From Flavobacteriales bacterium (GTDB lineage: Bacteria; Bacteroidota; Bacteroidia; Flavobacteriales_F; PHOS-HE28): a stretch of 64,000 bases of DNA. The notes under the pieces were generated by a model. That model ran no database searches and was not told the origin of the DNA. It was given only the letters and a program-made list of their open reading frames with translations. Location of the stretch: NCBI GenBank assembly GCA_020635655.1, contig JACJZI010000010.1:12800-76799 (forward strand), in the 5' to 3' direction. The position numbers were made by a program, and so were the translations under genes. Below, piece after piece: positions 62,749 to 64,000 of the stretch. Numbering within the stretch: the first letter of the stretch is position 1; each line of letters opens with the position of its first letter.

Positions 62749-64000
62749 ATGGCTCGTAAGCTCGCTACGCTTCTTTTCGCCGGGGCACTCATGACCGGGA
62801 CCGTACAGGCCTCTCACGTCACCGGAGGCAGCATTTACTGGAATTCCCTCGGAGGGAACCAGTACGAGTTCACCTTGGTGCTTTACAGGGACTGCTCTGG
62901 CATCGACCTGGATGCCTCGTACACGCTCGACCTGAACAGCTCTTGTGGGAGCACTTCGGTGACGGTGGACCTGTTGCCCAATGGCGTCACGGAAGTGTCC
63001 CAGTTGTGTGACAATGCCGTCAGTACATGCCAGGGAGGCACGTATCCTGGTGTGGAGCAATATGTCTACACAGGAGTGGTGACCCTTTCTCCTTGTTCGG
63101 ATTGGACCGCTTCGTGGGACCTCTGTTGCCGGAACCCGGCCATCCTCAACTTGGTGGACCCGGACCTTCAGGACGGTTACCTGCAAGGGGAGTTGAACAA
63201 TCTGGATGGTCCAGCGAACAGCTCTCCCATCTTCACGAATGCGCCGATCCCTTATGTCTGCCTGGACTACCCCGTGGTATACAGTTATGGAGCCGTGGAC
63301 CCGGATGGGGATTCCCTGAGCTACAGCTTCATTTCGGCCATGGGCCCCGGTGGCACGCCCTTGGGCTACAACGCGCCCTACACCCCCAACGAACCGATCC
63401 CAGGTATCTCGCTCGATCCAGTCACTGGCTTGGTGACCTTCACGCCGACCGCCATTCAGGGCAACTACGTCGTGGTGGTCCAGGTCGATGAATACGACGA
63501 CAATGGCAACATCATCGGCACGGTGATCCGGGACATGCAGTTCGTGGTGATCTCGTGCACCAACAACCCGCCGGACCCGTTCGCAGGCACCATCGAGAAT
63601 TTTTCGGGGAGCGGCAGCTCCACCGGCGATTATGCGATCGACATGTGCGAATCGAACAACTTCTGCTTCGATGCCGTGTACACGGACCCCGATGTGGGCC
63701 AGTCCCTTTCGCTCACCACGAACATCCAGCAGAACCTGCCCGGTGCCACCTTCACCGTGACCGGTACCAACCCGCTGACGGCCACCTTCTGCTGGACCTC
63801 CCAGCCTGGTACCAACGGGTTCTTCCCGTTCACCGTCACGATCACGGACGACCAATGCCCGATCGTGGGCCTGCAGACGTATATCTATTCTGTGAACGTT
63901 CTGCAAAGGACCTCCGCTGGCCCTGACCTGACCATATGTGGGCCGCAGGTGGCCGAATTGCATGCCGAAGGCGGCAACGTGTTCAATTGGAGCGTATTGA
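62749..64000 (+). CDS. N-terminal part of a large Cys-rich cell-surface / T9SS-adhesin-like protein, 3'-truncated by the window. Not in the supplied ORF track because no stop is reached.
   Basis: ATG at 62749 opens a frame with no stop to nt 64000. Signal peptide MARKLATLLFAGALMTGTVQA. Motif SHVTGGSIYWNSLGGNQYEFTLVLYRDCSG is typical of N-termini of Bacteroidota giant adhesins. Contains an FxDxDGDxLxY cadherin-like segment (VDPDGDSLSYSF). Confidence 0.6.
   Translation, partial: MARKLATLLFAGALMTGTVQASHVTGGSIYWNSLGGNQYEFTLVLYRDCSGIDLDASYTLDLNSSCGSTSVTVDLLPNGVTEVSQLCDNAVSTCQGGTYPGVEQYVYTGVVTLSPCSDWTASWDLCCRNPAILNLVDPDLQDGYLQGELNNLDGPANSSPIFTNAPIPYVCLDYPVVYSYGAVDPDGDSLSYSFISAMGPGGTPLGYNAPYTPNEPIPGISLDPVTGLVTFTPTAIQGNYVVVVQVDEYDDNGNIIGTVIRDMQFVVISCTNNPPDPFAGTIENFSGSGSSTGDYAIDMCESNNFCFDAVYTDPDVGQSLSLTTNIQQNLPGATFTVTGTNPLTATFCWTSQPGTNGFFPFTVTITDDQCPIVGLQTYIYSVNVLQRTSAGPDLTICGPQVAELHAEGGNVFNWSVL

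Noticed and set aside
62677-63963. 428-aa minus-strand ORF.
   Set aside because: Antisense to the newly called plus-strand adhesin gene starting at 62749, which has a signal peptide and Cys-rich modules. The minus frame is Arg/Gly/His-rich.
1-64000. Search for CRISPR arrays, integrases or transposases, restriction-modification or toxin-antitoxin genes and rRNA.
   Set aside because: No direct-repeat and spacer array, no recombinase or transposase motifs, and no rRNA-like sequence were seen. The only tandem DNA repeats are the in-gene 117-bp coding repeats in the giant adhesin.

Overview
This 64 kb window is high-GC (about 65%) and looks like a Bacteroidota chromosome. That assignment rests on type A and type B T9SS C-terminal domains, PorP/SprF genes, a promoter-like TAnnTTTG motif (upstream of the tRNA at 7857..7864), and lipoprotein and OmpA architectures typical of the phylum. 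It is densely coding, about 48 genes, with no rRNA, CRISPR array or obvious mobile element.

Main blocks, in order:
- (i) A 5'-truncated T9SS surface protein with a proprotein-convertase P-domain, followed by a small lipoprotein, an HD-domain hydrolase and an M49 peptidase.
- (ii) tRNA-Leu(CAG), with a promoter-like motif and a terminator.
- (iii) An M23/LysM peptidase and a 1000-aa GloVer-type beta-propeller-repeat protein.
- (iv) An OlsF-like bifunctional lipid acyltransferase, LpxH-like phosphoesterase, CoA-binding protein and class-III aminotransferase.
- (v) An ECF sigma / anti-sigma / periplasmic trio.
- (vi) Split transketolase genes with a VWA gene between the halves.
- (vii) A surface-polysaccharide locus of about 12 kb: O-antigen-ligase-like protein, two GT4, Wzm/Wzt ABC exporter, a 1038-aa triple-GT2 protein with a roughly 170-aa coiled coil, a DHHW/AlgJ-like gene, an MBOAT gene, and a fragmented region between them.
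- (viii) Polyamine genes (deoxyhypusine-synthase-like plus arginine decarboxylase), CorA, MscS and PepE.
- (ix) Two tandem co-oriented triads, each a giant type-B-CTD adhesin followed by PorP/SprF and an OmpA-family beta-propeller protein. This is the most system-like feature in the window.
- (x) S46 peptidase, pterin-4a-carbinolamine dehydratase, a DUF1573 protein, S41 protease, a MORN protein, and the start of a third adhesin running off the window.

Many long antisense ORFs in the six-frame track are GC artefacts and were rejected.
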